IMG/VR virus record: IMGVR_UViG_3300029517_000085
Reading direction: 5' to 3' (one strand)
DNA: 22,813 nt
DNA from: a virus
Lineage: Duplodnaviria; Heunggongvirae; Uroviricota; Caudoviricetes
Shown piece by piece: positions 9,997 through 17,023 of this stretch (the stretch's first letter is position 1; every line of letters starts with the position of its first letter). Made by a program: the position numbers and the translations under genes. Below the pieces are notes generated by a model, which was given only the letters and a program-made list of their open reading frames with translations, was not told the DNA's origin and made no database searches.

Positions 9997-10185
9997 NNNN
10001 NNNNNNNNNNNNNNNNNNNNNNNNNNNNNNNNCCGTTTATTATTTATCTCCTCAGCCAGCCGCTGTGCTTTCAGGGGATTTCTGATAACAGAAAGGCCGG
10101 GAAATACCCAGCCTCGCTTTGTAACGGAGTAGACGAAAGTGATCGCACCTACCCGGATATTATCGTGAGGATGCTTCATCGCCAT
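9997..10185 (-). CDS. Lambda orf60a-like small protein; 3' end falls inside the masked N run (9992-10032)
   Basis: N-terminal 51 aa [51 protein letters not shown] match recalled lambda orf60a. The rest is unreadable because of Ns. The end coordinate is inferred from the lambda length. Confidence 0.5.
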
Positions 10186-10856
10186 TGCTCCCCAAATACA
10201 AAACCAATTTCAGCCAGTGCCTCGTCCATTTTTTCGATGAACTCCGGCACCATCTCGTCAAAACTCGCCATGTACTTTTCATCCCGCTCAACCACGACAT
10301 AATGCAGGCCTTCACGCTTCATACGCGGGTCATAGTTGGCAAAGTACCAGGCATCTTTTCGCGTCACCCACATGCTGTACTGCACCTGGGCCATGTAAGC
10401 CGACTTTATGGCCTCGAAACCACCGAGCCGGAACTTCATGAAATCCCGGGAGGTAAACGGGCATTTCAGCTCAAGGCCATTGCCGTCACTGCATAAACCA
10501 TCGGGAGAGCAGGCGGTACGCATACTTTCGTCGCGATAGATGATCGGGGATTCAGTAACATTCACGCCGGAAGTGAATTCAAACAGAGTTCTGGCGTCGT
10601 TCTCGTACTGTTTTCCCCATGCCAGCGCCTTAGCATTAACTTCCGGAGCCACACCGGTGCAAACCTCAGCCAGCAGGGTGTGGAAGTAGGACATTTTCAT
10701 GTCAGGCCACTTTTTTCCGGAGCGGGGTTTTGCTATCACATTGTGAACTTCTGAAGCGGTGATGACGCCGAGCCGTAATTTGTGCCACGCATCATCCCCC
10801 TGTTCGACAGCTCTCACGTCGATTCCGGTACGCTGCAGGATAATGTCCGGTGTCAT
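10176..10856 (-). CDS. exo: Lambda exonuclease (Red alpha), 226 aa
   Basis: Full-length match to recalled lambda Exo ([62 protein letters not shown]...). Confidence 0.95.
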   Translation of the reverse strand: MTPDIILQRTGIDVRAVEQGDDAWHKLRLGVITASEVHNVIAKPRSGKKWPDMKMSYFHTLLAEVCTGVAPEVNAKALAWGKQYENDARTLFEFTSGVNVTESPIIYRDESMRTACSPDGLCSDGNGLELKCPFTSRDFMKFRLGGFEAIKSAYMAQVQYSMWVTRKDAWYFANYDPRMKREGLHYVVVERDEKYMASFDEMVPEFIEKMDEALAEIGFVFGEQWR

Positions 10857-11638
10857 GCAGCCACCTTCTGCTCAGTGGCTTTCTGTTTCAGGAATCCAAG
10901 AGCTTTCACTGCTTCGGCCTGTGTCAGTTCTGACGATGCGCGAATGTCGCGGCGAAATATCTGGGAACAGAGCGGCAATAAGTCGTCATCCCATGTTTTA
11001 TCCAGGGCGATCAGCAGAGTGTTAATCTCCTGCATGGTTTCATCGTTTACCGGAGTGATGTCGCGTTCCGGCTGGCGTTCTGCAGTGTATGCGGTATTTT
11101 CGACAATGCGCTCGGCTTCATCCTTGTCATAGATACCAGCAAATCCGAAGGCCAGGCGGGCACACTGAATCATGGCTTTATGCCGTAACATCCGTTTGGG
11201 ATGCGACTGCCACGGCCCCGTGATTTCTCTGCCTTCGCGGGTTTTGAATGGTTCGCGGCGGCATTCATCCATCCACTCGGTAACGCAGATCGGATGATTG
11301 CGGTCTTTGCGGTAAATCCGGCATGTGCAGGATTCATTGTCCTGCTCAAAGTCCATGCCATCAAACTGCTGGTTTTCATTGATGATACGGGACCAGCCAT
11401 CAACGCCCACCACCGGAACGATGCCGTTCTGCTTGTCAGGGAAGGCGTAAATTTCTTTCGTCCACGGATTAAGGCCGTACTGGTTGGCGACGATCAGCAA
11501 TGCGATGAACTGCGCATCGCTGGCATCACCTTTAAATGCCGTCTGGCGAAGAGTGGTGATCAGTTCCTGTGGGTCGACAGAATCCATGCCGACGCGTTCA
11601 GCCAGCTTCCCAGCCAGCGTTGCGAGTGCTGTACTCAT
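10853..11638 (-). CDS. bet: Lambda Bet (Red beta) single-strand annealing protein, 261 aa
   Basis: Full-length match to recalled lambda Bet ([66 protein letters not shown]...). ATGA overlap with exo. Confidence 0.95.
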   Translation of the reverse strand: MSTALATLAGKLAERVGMDSVDPQELITTLRQTAFKGDASDAQFIALLIVANQYGLNPWTKEIYAFPDKQNGIVPVVGVDGWSRIINENQQFDGMDFEQDNESCTCRIYRKDRNHPICVTEWMDECRREPFKTREGREITGPWQSHPKRMLRHKAMIQCARLAFGFAGIYDKDEAERIVENTAYTAERQPERDITPVNDETMQEINTLLIALDKTWDDDLLPLCSQIFRRDIRASSELTQAEAVKALGFLKQKATEQKVAA

Positions 11639-11643
11639 CCGTT

Positions 11644-12060
11644 TTATACCTCTGAATCAATATCAACCTGGTGGTGAGCAATGGTTTCAACCATGTACCG
11701 GATGTGTTCTGCCATGCGCTCCTGAAACTCAACATCGTCATCAAACGCACGGGTAATGGCTTTTTTGCTGGCCCCGTGGCGTTGTAAATGATCGATGCAG
11801 AGTGATTCAAACAGGTGCTGGGGCAGACCTTTTTCCATGTCGTCTGCCAGTTCTGCCTCTTTCTCTTCACGGGCGATCTGCTGGTAGTGACGCGTCCAGC
11901 TCTGAGCCTCAAGACGATCCTGAATGTAATAAGCGTTCATGGCTGAACTCCTGAAATAGCTGTGAAAATATCGCCCGCGAAATGCCGGGCTGATTAGGAA
12001 AACAGGAAAGGAGGTTAGTGAATGCTTTTGCTTGATCTCAGTTTCAGTATTAATATCCAT
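11644..12060 (-). CDS. gam: Lambda Gam (RecBCD inhibitor), 138 aa
   Basis: Match to recalled lambda Gam ([54 protein letters not shown]...). Confidence 0.95.
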   Translation of the reverse strand: MDINTETEIKQKHSLTSFPVFLISPAFRGRYFHSYFRSSAMNAYYIQDRLEAQSWTRHYQQIAREEKEAELADDMEKGLPQHLFESLCIDHLQRHGASKKAITRAFDDDVEFQERMAEHIRYMVETIAHHQVDIDSEV

Positions 12061-12158
12061 TTTTTATAAGCGTCGACGGCCTCACGAAACATCTTTTCAT
12101 CGCCAATAAAAGTGGCGATAGTGAATTTAGTCTGGATAGCCATAAGTGTTTGATCCAT
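12015..12158 (-). CDS. kil: Kil (FtsZ-targeting host-killing protein), 47 aa
   Basis: Internal Met43 of the 89-aa ORF gives [47 protein letters not shown], matching recalled lambda Kil. Overlaps the gam 5' end as in lambda. Confidence 0.85.
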   Translation of the reverse strand: MDQTLMAIQTKFTIATFIGDEKMFREAVDAYKKWILILKLRSSKSIH

Positions 12159-12291
12159 TTTTTGGGACTCCTGGCTGATTAAGTATGTCGATAAGGCGTT
12201 TCCATCCGTCACGTAATTTACGGGTGATTCGTTCAAGTAAAGATTCGGAAGGGCAGCCAGCAACAGGCCACCCTGCAATGGCATATTGCAT
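12127..12291 (-). CDS. cIII: CIII (FtsH/HflB inhibitor protecting CII), 54 aa
   Basis: Hand translation from the minus-strand ATG at 12289-12291 gives MQYAIAGW... and ends ...YGYPD with stop at 12127-12129. Below the ORF-track size cut-off. Overlaps kil out of frame. Confidence 0.85.
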   Translation of the reverse strand: MQYAIAGWPVAGCPSESLLERITRKLRDGWKRLIDILNQPGVPKNGSNTYGYPD

Positions 12292-12363
12292 GGTGTGCTC
12301 CTTATTTATACATAACGAAAAACGCCTCGAGTGAAGCGTTATTGGTATGCGGTAACGCCGCGC

Positions 12364-12732
12364 TCAGGCGGCTTTGATAGTCATATCATCTGAATCAAAT
12401 ATTCCTGATGTATCGATATCGGTAATTCTTATTCCTTCGCTACCATCCATTGGAGGCCATCCTTCCTGACCATTTCCATCATTCCAGTCGAACTCACACA
12501 CAACACCATATGCATTTAAGTCGCTTGAAATTGCTATAAGCAGAGCATGTTGCGCCAGCATGATTAATACAGCATTTAATACAGAGCCGTGTTTATTGAG
12601 TCGGTATTCAGAGTCTGACCAGAAATTATTAATCTGGTGAAGTTTTTCCTCTGTCATTACGTCATGGTCGATTTCAATTTCCATTGATGCTTTCCAGTCG
12701 TAATCAATGATGTATTTTTTGATGTTTGACAT
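12364..12732 (-). CDS. ea10: Ea10 (Ssb-like early protein), 122 aa
   Basis: Match to recalled lambda Ea10 (MSNIKKYIIDYDWKASMEIEIDHDVMTEEKLHQINNFWSDSEY...). Confidence 0.85.
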   Translation of the reverse strand: MSNIKKYIIDYDWKASMEIEIDHDVMTEEKLHQINNFWSDSEYRLNKHGSVLNAVLIMLAQHALLIAISSDLNAYGVVCEFDWNDGNGQEGWPPMDGSEGIRITDIDTSGIFDSDDMTIKAA

Positions 12733-12914
12733 CTATTCATATCCTCATAGATAAAAAATCGCCCTCACACTGGAGGGCAAAGAAGATTTCCAATAATCAG
12801 AACAAGTCGGCTCCTGTTTAGTTACGAGCGACATTGCTCCGTGTATTCACTCGTTGGAATGAATACACAGTGCAGTGTTTATTCTGTTATTTATGCCAAA
12901 AATAAAGGTCACTA

Positions 12915-13115
12915 TCAGGCAGCTTTGTTGTTCTGTTTACCAAGTTCTCTGGCAATCATTGCCGTCGTTCGTATTGCCCATTTATCGACATATTTCCCAT
13001 CTTCCATTACAGGAAACATTTCTTCAGGCTTAACCATGCATTCCGATTGCAGCTTGCATCCATTGCATCGCTTGAATTGTCCACACCATTGATTTTTATC
13101 AATAGTCGTAGTCAT
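12915..13115 (-). CDS. ral: Ral (restriction alleviation), 66 aa
   Basis: Exact-looking match to recalled lambda Ral (MTTTIDKNQWCGQFKRCNGCKLQSECMVKPEEMFPVMEDGKYVDKWAIRTTAMIARELGKQNNKAA). Confidence 0.93.
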   Translation of the reverse strand: MTTTIDKNQWCGQFKRCNGCKLQSECMVKPEEMFPVMEDGKYVDKWAIRTTAMIARELGKQNNKAA

Positions 13116-13185
13116 ACGGATAGTCCTGGTATTGTTCCATCACATCCTGAGGATGCTCTTCGAACTCTTCAAATTCTTCTTCCAT
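13099..13185 (-). CDS. orf28-like small acidic protein (28 aa)
   Basis: Hand-translated minus-strand ORF MEEEFEEFEEHPQDVMEQYQDYPYDYDY overlapping the ral start, as in lambda. Confidence 0.5.
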   Translation of the reverse strand: MEEEFEEFEEHPQDVMEQYQDYPYDYDY

Positions 13186-13385
13186 ATATCACCTCAAATA
13201 AGTTGTTTGCTGCGAAAGTAAATACGCTTAAGTTACCTGTTATTTATCCCACCAAGTTCCGTATCTATCTATCCAGTTACACCAATCATCGACACTCCAT
13301 TTTGTTGTGTCGCATTTTTGCAACTGGCATGAATATCTACCTTCTTTGTAAAGTCGGCGTTTGACTTTCTTGAGCATGGCTCACC

Positions 13386-13727
13386 TCAATCGTAATAAGC
13401 TGGAATTGATTTTCCGCGTTGCTTCTGGCGGCCTGAGCAAGTCACACCCATTTCACTGCGTGGCTTGCGGTAGTAAATACGGTTCTGTTTACGCTCGACT
13501 TCTTCTGCCTTCTGGCAGCGAAGGCTTCCGAGTGATATTGCTTTTTCAGAAAGGCTTAAACGTTTTCTCGGGGCTTCCTGAACAGGTTCCTCACTGTCTG
13601 TGCCGAAGATCGAATCGATGATGTTGCATATAGCATCACGCTCGATAGCCAGCTTTCTGCGCCGCTCATGACGGCGAGTTTTGGCATTTCCTGCAAATGT
13701 TGATTTCCCGTACACGATTACCGTCAT
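13386..13727 (-). CDS. N: N antiterminator, P22-type arginine-rich motif (113 aa from the ATG at 13727)
   Basis: MTVIVYGKSTFAGNAKTRRHERRRKLAIERD... contains the recalled P22 N ARM GNAKTRRHERRRKLAIER. C-terminal GVTCSGRQKQRGKSIP resembles lambda N. Start chosen at Met29 of the 141-aa ORF (GAGGA SD) because the longer ORF would run into nutL. Confidence 0.88.
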   Translation of the reverse strand: MTVIVYGKSTFAGNAKTRRHERRRKLAIERDAICNIIDSIFGTDSEEPVQEAPRKRLSLSEKAISLGSLRCQKAEEVERKQNRIYYRKPRSEMGVTCSGRQKQRGKSIPAYYD

Positions 13728-13846
13728 GATGTTTTCCTCATGTGAAATGGCTTTGGGGGTGATGTGCCAGATGCTGATCTTCTGGTTGCTGTCGTTGCAG
13801 CTGCAATTCACATCACCGCCAAATCCATCTCGTTTGGTATCTGTTT

Positions 13847-13880
13847 GCGCTTTGTCAGCGCCCCATCGAAGTTAAAGAGC
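13847..13880 (-). promoter_or_regulatory. nutL: nutL: boxB hairpin GCGCUGACAAAGCGC (13847-13861) and boxA-like GCTCTTTAAC (13871-13880) on the transcribed minus strand
   Basis: Minus-strand sequence GGCGCTGACAAAGCGCA matches the recalled P22 boxB-left, consistent with the P22-type ARM in N. It lies ~120 nt upstream of the N start. Confidence 0.75.
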
Positions 13881-14143
13881 CTGCCAATCTGTTCCGTTTG
13901 GCTGCCAGCATCCTGCTGACGGCGATAATAATGAACTAATAGTTCGATATTATCAAGAACTGCAAGTACGAGATTTTGCAACTCTTTAATTTTATTAGAT
14001 AAGTTTTTGATATGTAATGAAATTTATTTTTGCAAAGATTGAAGATTGGTCTGTAGGGGAGAAAGGACTGTATTGCTGGCGTGTTAGTTCGTGGGTTAGC
14101 ACATATGCGGATGTTAAATAGGGGAGGCGAACGTGAGGTAAAG
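13881..14143 (-). promoter_or_regulatory. Probable pL/oL early-left promoter-operator region (exact operators not resolved)
   Basis: Non-coding AT-rich interval between the immunity-operon terminator and nutL. Contains motifs (GAACTGCAAGTACGAG, TTGCAA-containing repeats) resembling those in the cI-cro intergenic region. Positional inference from lambdoid architecture. Confidence 0.4.
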
Positions 14144-14170
14144 AAAACCCGGCGCAGAGGCCGGGTTTTT
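14144..14170 (-). terminator. Intrinsic terminator ending the cI-proximal operon (t_imm analogue); palindromic, potentially bidirectional
   Basis: AAAACCCGGC-GCAGAG-GCCGGGTTTTT: GC-rich 6-bp stem extended by A/U pairs, followed by a U-tract on the minus strand (UUUUCUUUACC) immediately after the stop of the 258-aa gene. Confidence 0.7.
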
Positions 14171-14947
14171 CTAGGCTACCAGAGAGTCAATCCAAGAGTC
14201 TCTGGTATGGAATGGCAACACTCGTGCGGTATCATTAAATAGTAGTGATAGTTGCTGTAGCTCAGGTGTTAACCCATCGCTGTCAACTATTACAAATCTA
14301 TTGTTTATGTCAGGAACGACCTGACTTAAGTCAACAATCTTCCCAACTGTTGAGTGGGCAGTATTCCATCCTTTACTGCTGGCAAGGCTTACCGTAAACC
14401 CGCGTTTTGGTGGTATTAGTCGAGACTCATTCCTTAGCGTTAACGGAACAGTAATGTTATGCCCACTAATACCTTTCACTTTTTCCTTTAAGGCTAGTCG
14501 CTTCCCAAGCCCTGCTGATTTTAAGTAACTGATTACACATTTTTCGAACTTATCGTCTTTGACCTCAGCATACCAATCAGCAGTTTGGGCGGATGCAAGA
14601 ATCCCACCACGAATAACATTTGCAGTTACCTGTCCAACGGACGACTCATCTGCCCACGCAGATATCTCTCCAGAGTCATTTAATGAAATTCCTTGCGAAG
14701 CGAGTGATGACCTGATCAGATCAATTTTCTTTTTAGTCAGGTGGATGCCGCGTGATTCAATATTCATCAATGTATCGCAGTAGTCTGTAACCCTATACTG
14801 ACCACTCATCTCTTGAACGAATACGCTTATCTGCTCACAATCATCGTAGTATGTGAAGGGACTAATAACGCGCAGCAACGTGTCGCTCATTGGGTGGCAT
14901 TCAAACCCGAGCTTAGATATGACTGTTGAACACGTTACATTTCCCAT
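14171..14947 (-). CDS. Hypothetical protein (258 aa; alternative start at Met20, 14890), distal gene of the rex-position cassette
   Basis: ORF on the same strand as cI. Its ATG lies inside the last codons of the upstream gene (…TCATGGGAAATGTAA…), suggesting translational coupling. No TM segments or catalytic motifs recognised. AT-rich. Confidence 0.6.
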   Translation of the reverse strand: MGNVTCSTVISKLGFECHPMSDTLLRVISPFTYYDDCEQISVFVQEMSGQYRVTDYCDTLMNIESRGIHLTKKKIDLIRSSLASQGISLNDSGEISAWADESSVGQVTANVIRGGILASAQTADWYAEVKDDKFEKCVISYLKSAGLGKRLALKEKVKGISGHNITVPLTLRNESRLIPPKRGFTVSLASSKGWNTAHSTVGKIVDLSQVVPDINNRFVIVDSDGLTPELQQLSLLFNDTARVLPFHTRDSWIDSLVA

Positions 14948-15477
14948 GATAGCTGACCTGATTTATCTTGATTCGGTAAAGGTGGGCTGCCTTCATATAT
15001 GATATTAAGCGCCTCGCAAAAATAATTCCAGTAGCCAAAAAAATCATCTGGCTTGATGTTCGTTTCAAGCTTGAGTGCAATTTCTTCCCCAGCTGATTCG
15101 AAGTACATGTGATAGTGAGGACCTCGAGCCACCTCAACAAAATCTGGATGGTGCACTATAGATTTATTACGGTGTGACTTGTTATGCGCAGGGTACGGGT
15201 CAAGCGCGTAAATGCGCCTGTCATGAAGAAACATCACAAATGAAAGCTTCACTATATCCACCCCTTCAACGATAGGAGAACGCCAGTGAAGCATAAATCT
15301 TATGCCTGTGATTGGGTTGCCAATTTCATCAAAAGCTTTGAGATCCAATTTAAACCAGATTGGGGTTCGTCCCTCACTTCCGGTCCACGAAACTCCGCTA
15401 AAAGTTACTTTTTTCAAGCGAGTAATAGCTTGGTCAACCTCTTTCTGGGTAGGCTTAAAGTCGCCTTTTTTAGCCAC
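14935..15477 (-). CDS. Hypothetical protein (180 aa, apparent GTG start), proximal gene of the rex-position cassette
   Basis: ORF starting 98 nt downstream of the cI stop, same strand, with a GGTGA SD-like element 9 nt upstream. His-rich segment HHPDFVEVARGPHYHMYFE. No family recognised. Confidence 0.55.
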   Translation of the reverse strand: MAKKGDFKPTQKEVDQAITRLKKVTFSGVSWTGSEGRTPIWFKLDLKAFDEIGNPITGIRFMLHWRSPIVEGVDIVKLSFVMFLHDRRIYALDPYPAHNKSHRNKSIVHHPDFVEVARGPHYHMYFESAGEEIALKLETNIKPDDFFGYWNYFCEALNIIYEGSPPLPNQDKSGQLSWEM

Positions 15478-15574
15478 TGATTCGTATCACCATGAAAGTT
15501 ATTGTTAATACCTATGCTTCTTGTCACCCAAACGTCTCTTCAGGCCATTGGTTACCAGCTATGTGACGATGAAG

Positions 15575-16282
15575 TCACGAACTTTTAATCCATTCCCTTG
15601 CCTCGATGTCATCTAGGTGGCGAGATTGCTTCAAAATACCAGCCACATACTCCACCTTTGCTACTTGATGATAAGGCAACGTTATTGGCCTGTGGTCTTG
15701 ATTGATGCTTGTAAATTGGTATTCTCCGTCTCTGTCATAGCCAAGAACCTTGATCATGTTGTGCCCTTCAATGGTTCTGACAAACACTTCATCACCTGGG
15801 AATACTTTGGTGTTAGGCTCAATGAGTACATATTCTCCTGATTTAATTCTGGGCCACATGCTGTCTCCTTTTACACGAAGACCAAAGGCATCTGGATCAT
15901 CGCTATAAATCTTGAGCCACCCATCGCGCTCTTCGGTCATCTCGATGGCACCATCAACACCAAGAATTGCCTCACCAACCACGCGCACTAACCCTTTTTT
16001 TAATTTGCCAACAATTGAAAAAGTATCTTCATCATTCGCTCCATTTAACGAAGTGCCGTGCTGAAGCCAAACAACATCAACGTTTAGAAATTTCGCAAGC
16101 GCATTCATTTTTTCCTGGCGTGGTAAAGACTCAGCATTAAACCATTTGCTAACGCCTTTGGACGAAAGAGAAAGGGCACGGGCTATGGCCATTCCCCTAC
16201 CATGTTCATCAAGACCAGCTTCTTTACAGGCTTGCGCTAGCCGCTGGGCGAATTCTTTGCGCACTTTTTCATTCTGAACCAT
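15575..16282 (-). CDS. cI: CI-type prophage repressor (235 aa): N-terminal HTH DNA-binding domain plus C-terminal LexA/S24-like autopeptidase domain
   Basis: HTH-like N-terminus (…GMAIARALSLSSKGVSKWFN…). C-terminal GDSMWPRIKSGEYVLIEP with a downstream Lys, typical of S24 Ser-Lys dyad repressors. Divergent from cro. Not lambda or 434 immunity by recall. Confidence 0.85.
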   Translation of the reverse strand: MVQNEKVRKEFAQRLAQACKEAGLDEHGRGMAIARALSLSSKGVSKWFNAESLPRQEKMNALAKFLNVDVVWLQHGTSLNGANDEDTFSIVGKLKKGLVRVVGEAILGVDGAIEMTEERDGWLKIYSDDPDAFGLRVKGDSMWPRIKSGEYVLIEPNTKVFPGDEVFVRTIEGHNMIKVLGYDRDGEYQFTSINQDHRPITLPYHQVAKVEYVAGILKQSRHLDDIEAREWIKSS

Positions 16283-16360
16283 GAGTACGATACTAAAGCA
16301 CTTGCAAAAACTTTCAGTTCAATCATAAAGCGTACTGAAAGTACGAAAAAGGGTATTCCT
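16283..16360. promoter_or_regulatory. oR/pR/pRM divergent promoter-operator region between cI and cro
   Basis: 78-bp intergenic region containing the inverted repeat CGTACTGAAAGTACG (16331-16345) and the related CTTTCAGT/ACTTGCAA motifs. The cI ATG has no SD, consistent with a leaderless pRM transcript as in lambda. Confidence 0.6.
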
Positions 16361-16588
16361 ATGCAAAATCTTGATGAGCCGATTAAAGGTGTCGGCATCC
16401 CTGAAGTTGCGAAGGCTTGTGGAGTTAGCGAAAGGGCTGTCTATAAGTGGCTCAAAAACGGCTTCCTCCCTAAGACTGAGTTTTTTGGGAAAACTAAATA
16501 CGCATCAAAAATCGAAGAGATTTCTGGTGGCAAATATCAAGCAAGCGAAATGCTTGAAATAAGCAAAAAGAACCTTCTGGCTGCATAA
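16361..16588 (+). CDS. cro: Cro-like HTH regulator (75 aa)
   Basis: Small ORF divergent from cI with the HTH-like segment GIPEVAKACGVSERAVYKWLKNG. Canonical position. Confidence 0.8.
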   Translation: MQNLDEPIKGVGIPEVAKACGVSERAVYKWLKNGFLPKTEFFGKTKYASKIEEISGGKYQASEMLEISKKNLLAA

Positions 16589-16595
16589 GTAACAC

Positions 16596-16630
16596 CGCTC
16601 TTTATCAATCTGCACCGCCGACGACGCGGT
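16596..16630 (+). promoter_or_regulatory. nutR: nutR: boxA CGCTCTTTA (16596-16604) and boxB ACCGCCGACGACGCGGT (16614-16630)
   Basis: boxA matches the consensus. boxB differs by one base from the recalled P22 boxB-right (ACCGCCGACAACGCGGT). Lies between cro and cII as expected. Confidence 0.75.
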
Positions 16631-16641
16631 AACTAATTAAG

Positions 16642-16661
16642 CACTCATCGAAAGATGAGTG
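16642..16661 (+). terminator. Stable hairpin (8-bp stem, GAAA tetraloop), possible tR1-like Rho-dependent terminator element
   Basis: CACTCATC-GAAA-GATGAGTG followed by a weakly U-rich tract, located where tR1 lies in lambda. Function uncertain. Confidence 0.3.
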
Positions 16662-16694
16662 TTAGTGATTATTTACCTATGGGAATAGTAAGAA

Positions 16695-16991
16695 ATGACA
16701 CAAACAAGTTACAGCAAACTATCACAGCGCGACGTTGATCGCGCAGAAACAGATTTACTCATCAACCTGTCAACGCTTACCCAGCGCGGTCTGGCAAAGA
16801 TGATTGGCTGTCATGAATCGAAGATAAGCAGAACAGACTGGAGGTTTATTGCTTCGGTCTTGTGTGCTTTCGGAATGGCATCAGACATCAGTCCGATTAG
16901 TAGGGCTTTTAAGTATGCGCTTGATGAAATCACAAAGAAAAAACGCCCGGCGGCAACCGAGCGTTCTGAACAAATCCAGATGGAATTCTGA
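16695..16991 (+). CDS. cII: CII-like transcriptional activator (98 aa)
   Basis: C-terminus …TKKKRPAATERSEQIQMEF matches the recalled lambda CII C-terminus; the N-terminal part is divergent. Canonical position. Confidence 0.85.
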   Translation: MTQTSYSKLSQRDVDRAETDLLINLSTLTQRGLAKMIGCHESKISRTDWRFIASVLCAFGMASDISPISRAFKYALDEITKKKRPAATERSEQIQMEF

Positions 16992-17023
16992 GGTCATTAC
17001 TGGATCAATCCACAGGAGTCATT

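Noticed and set aside
10759-11677. Several plus-strand ORFs (10759-11025, 10782-11132, 11201-11677, 11484-11756) inside exo/bet
   Set aside because: Antisense to full-length, confidently identified exo and bet. GC-rich antisense frames commonly stay open by chance.
12015-12284. 89-aa ORF suggested by the six-frame track
   Set aside because: Only the C-terminal 47 aa correspond to Kil. The N-terminal extension overlaps cIII in another frame and lacks an RBS. Annotated as kil 12015-12158 instead.
13047-13364. 105-aa plus-strand ORF opposite ral/orf28
   Set aside because: Antisense to confirmed lambda-type genes, low-complexity translation, no RBS. Lambda sieB would be on this strand but the protein does not resemble a membrane SieB and the interval is too short.
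13386-13811. 141-aa extended N ORF
   Set aside because: The extension would start just below the nutL boxB. The internal ATG at 13727 has a good GAGGA SD and gives the canonical N-terminus MTVIVYGKSTFAGNAK….
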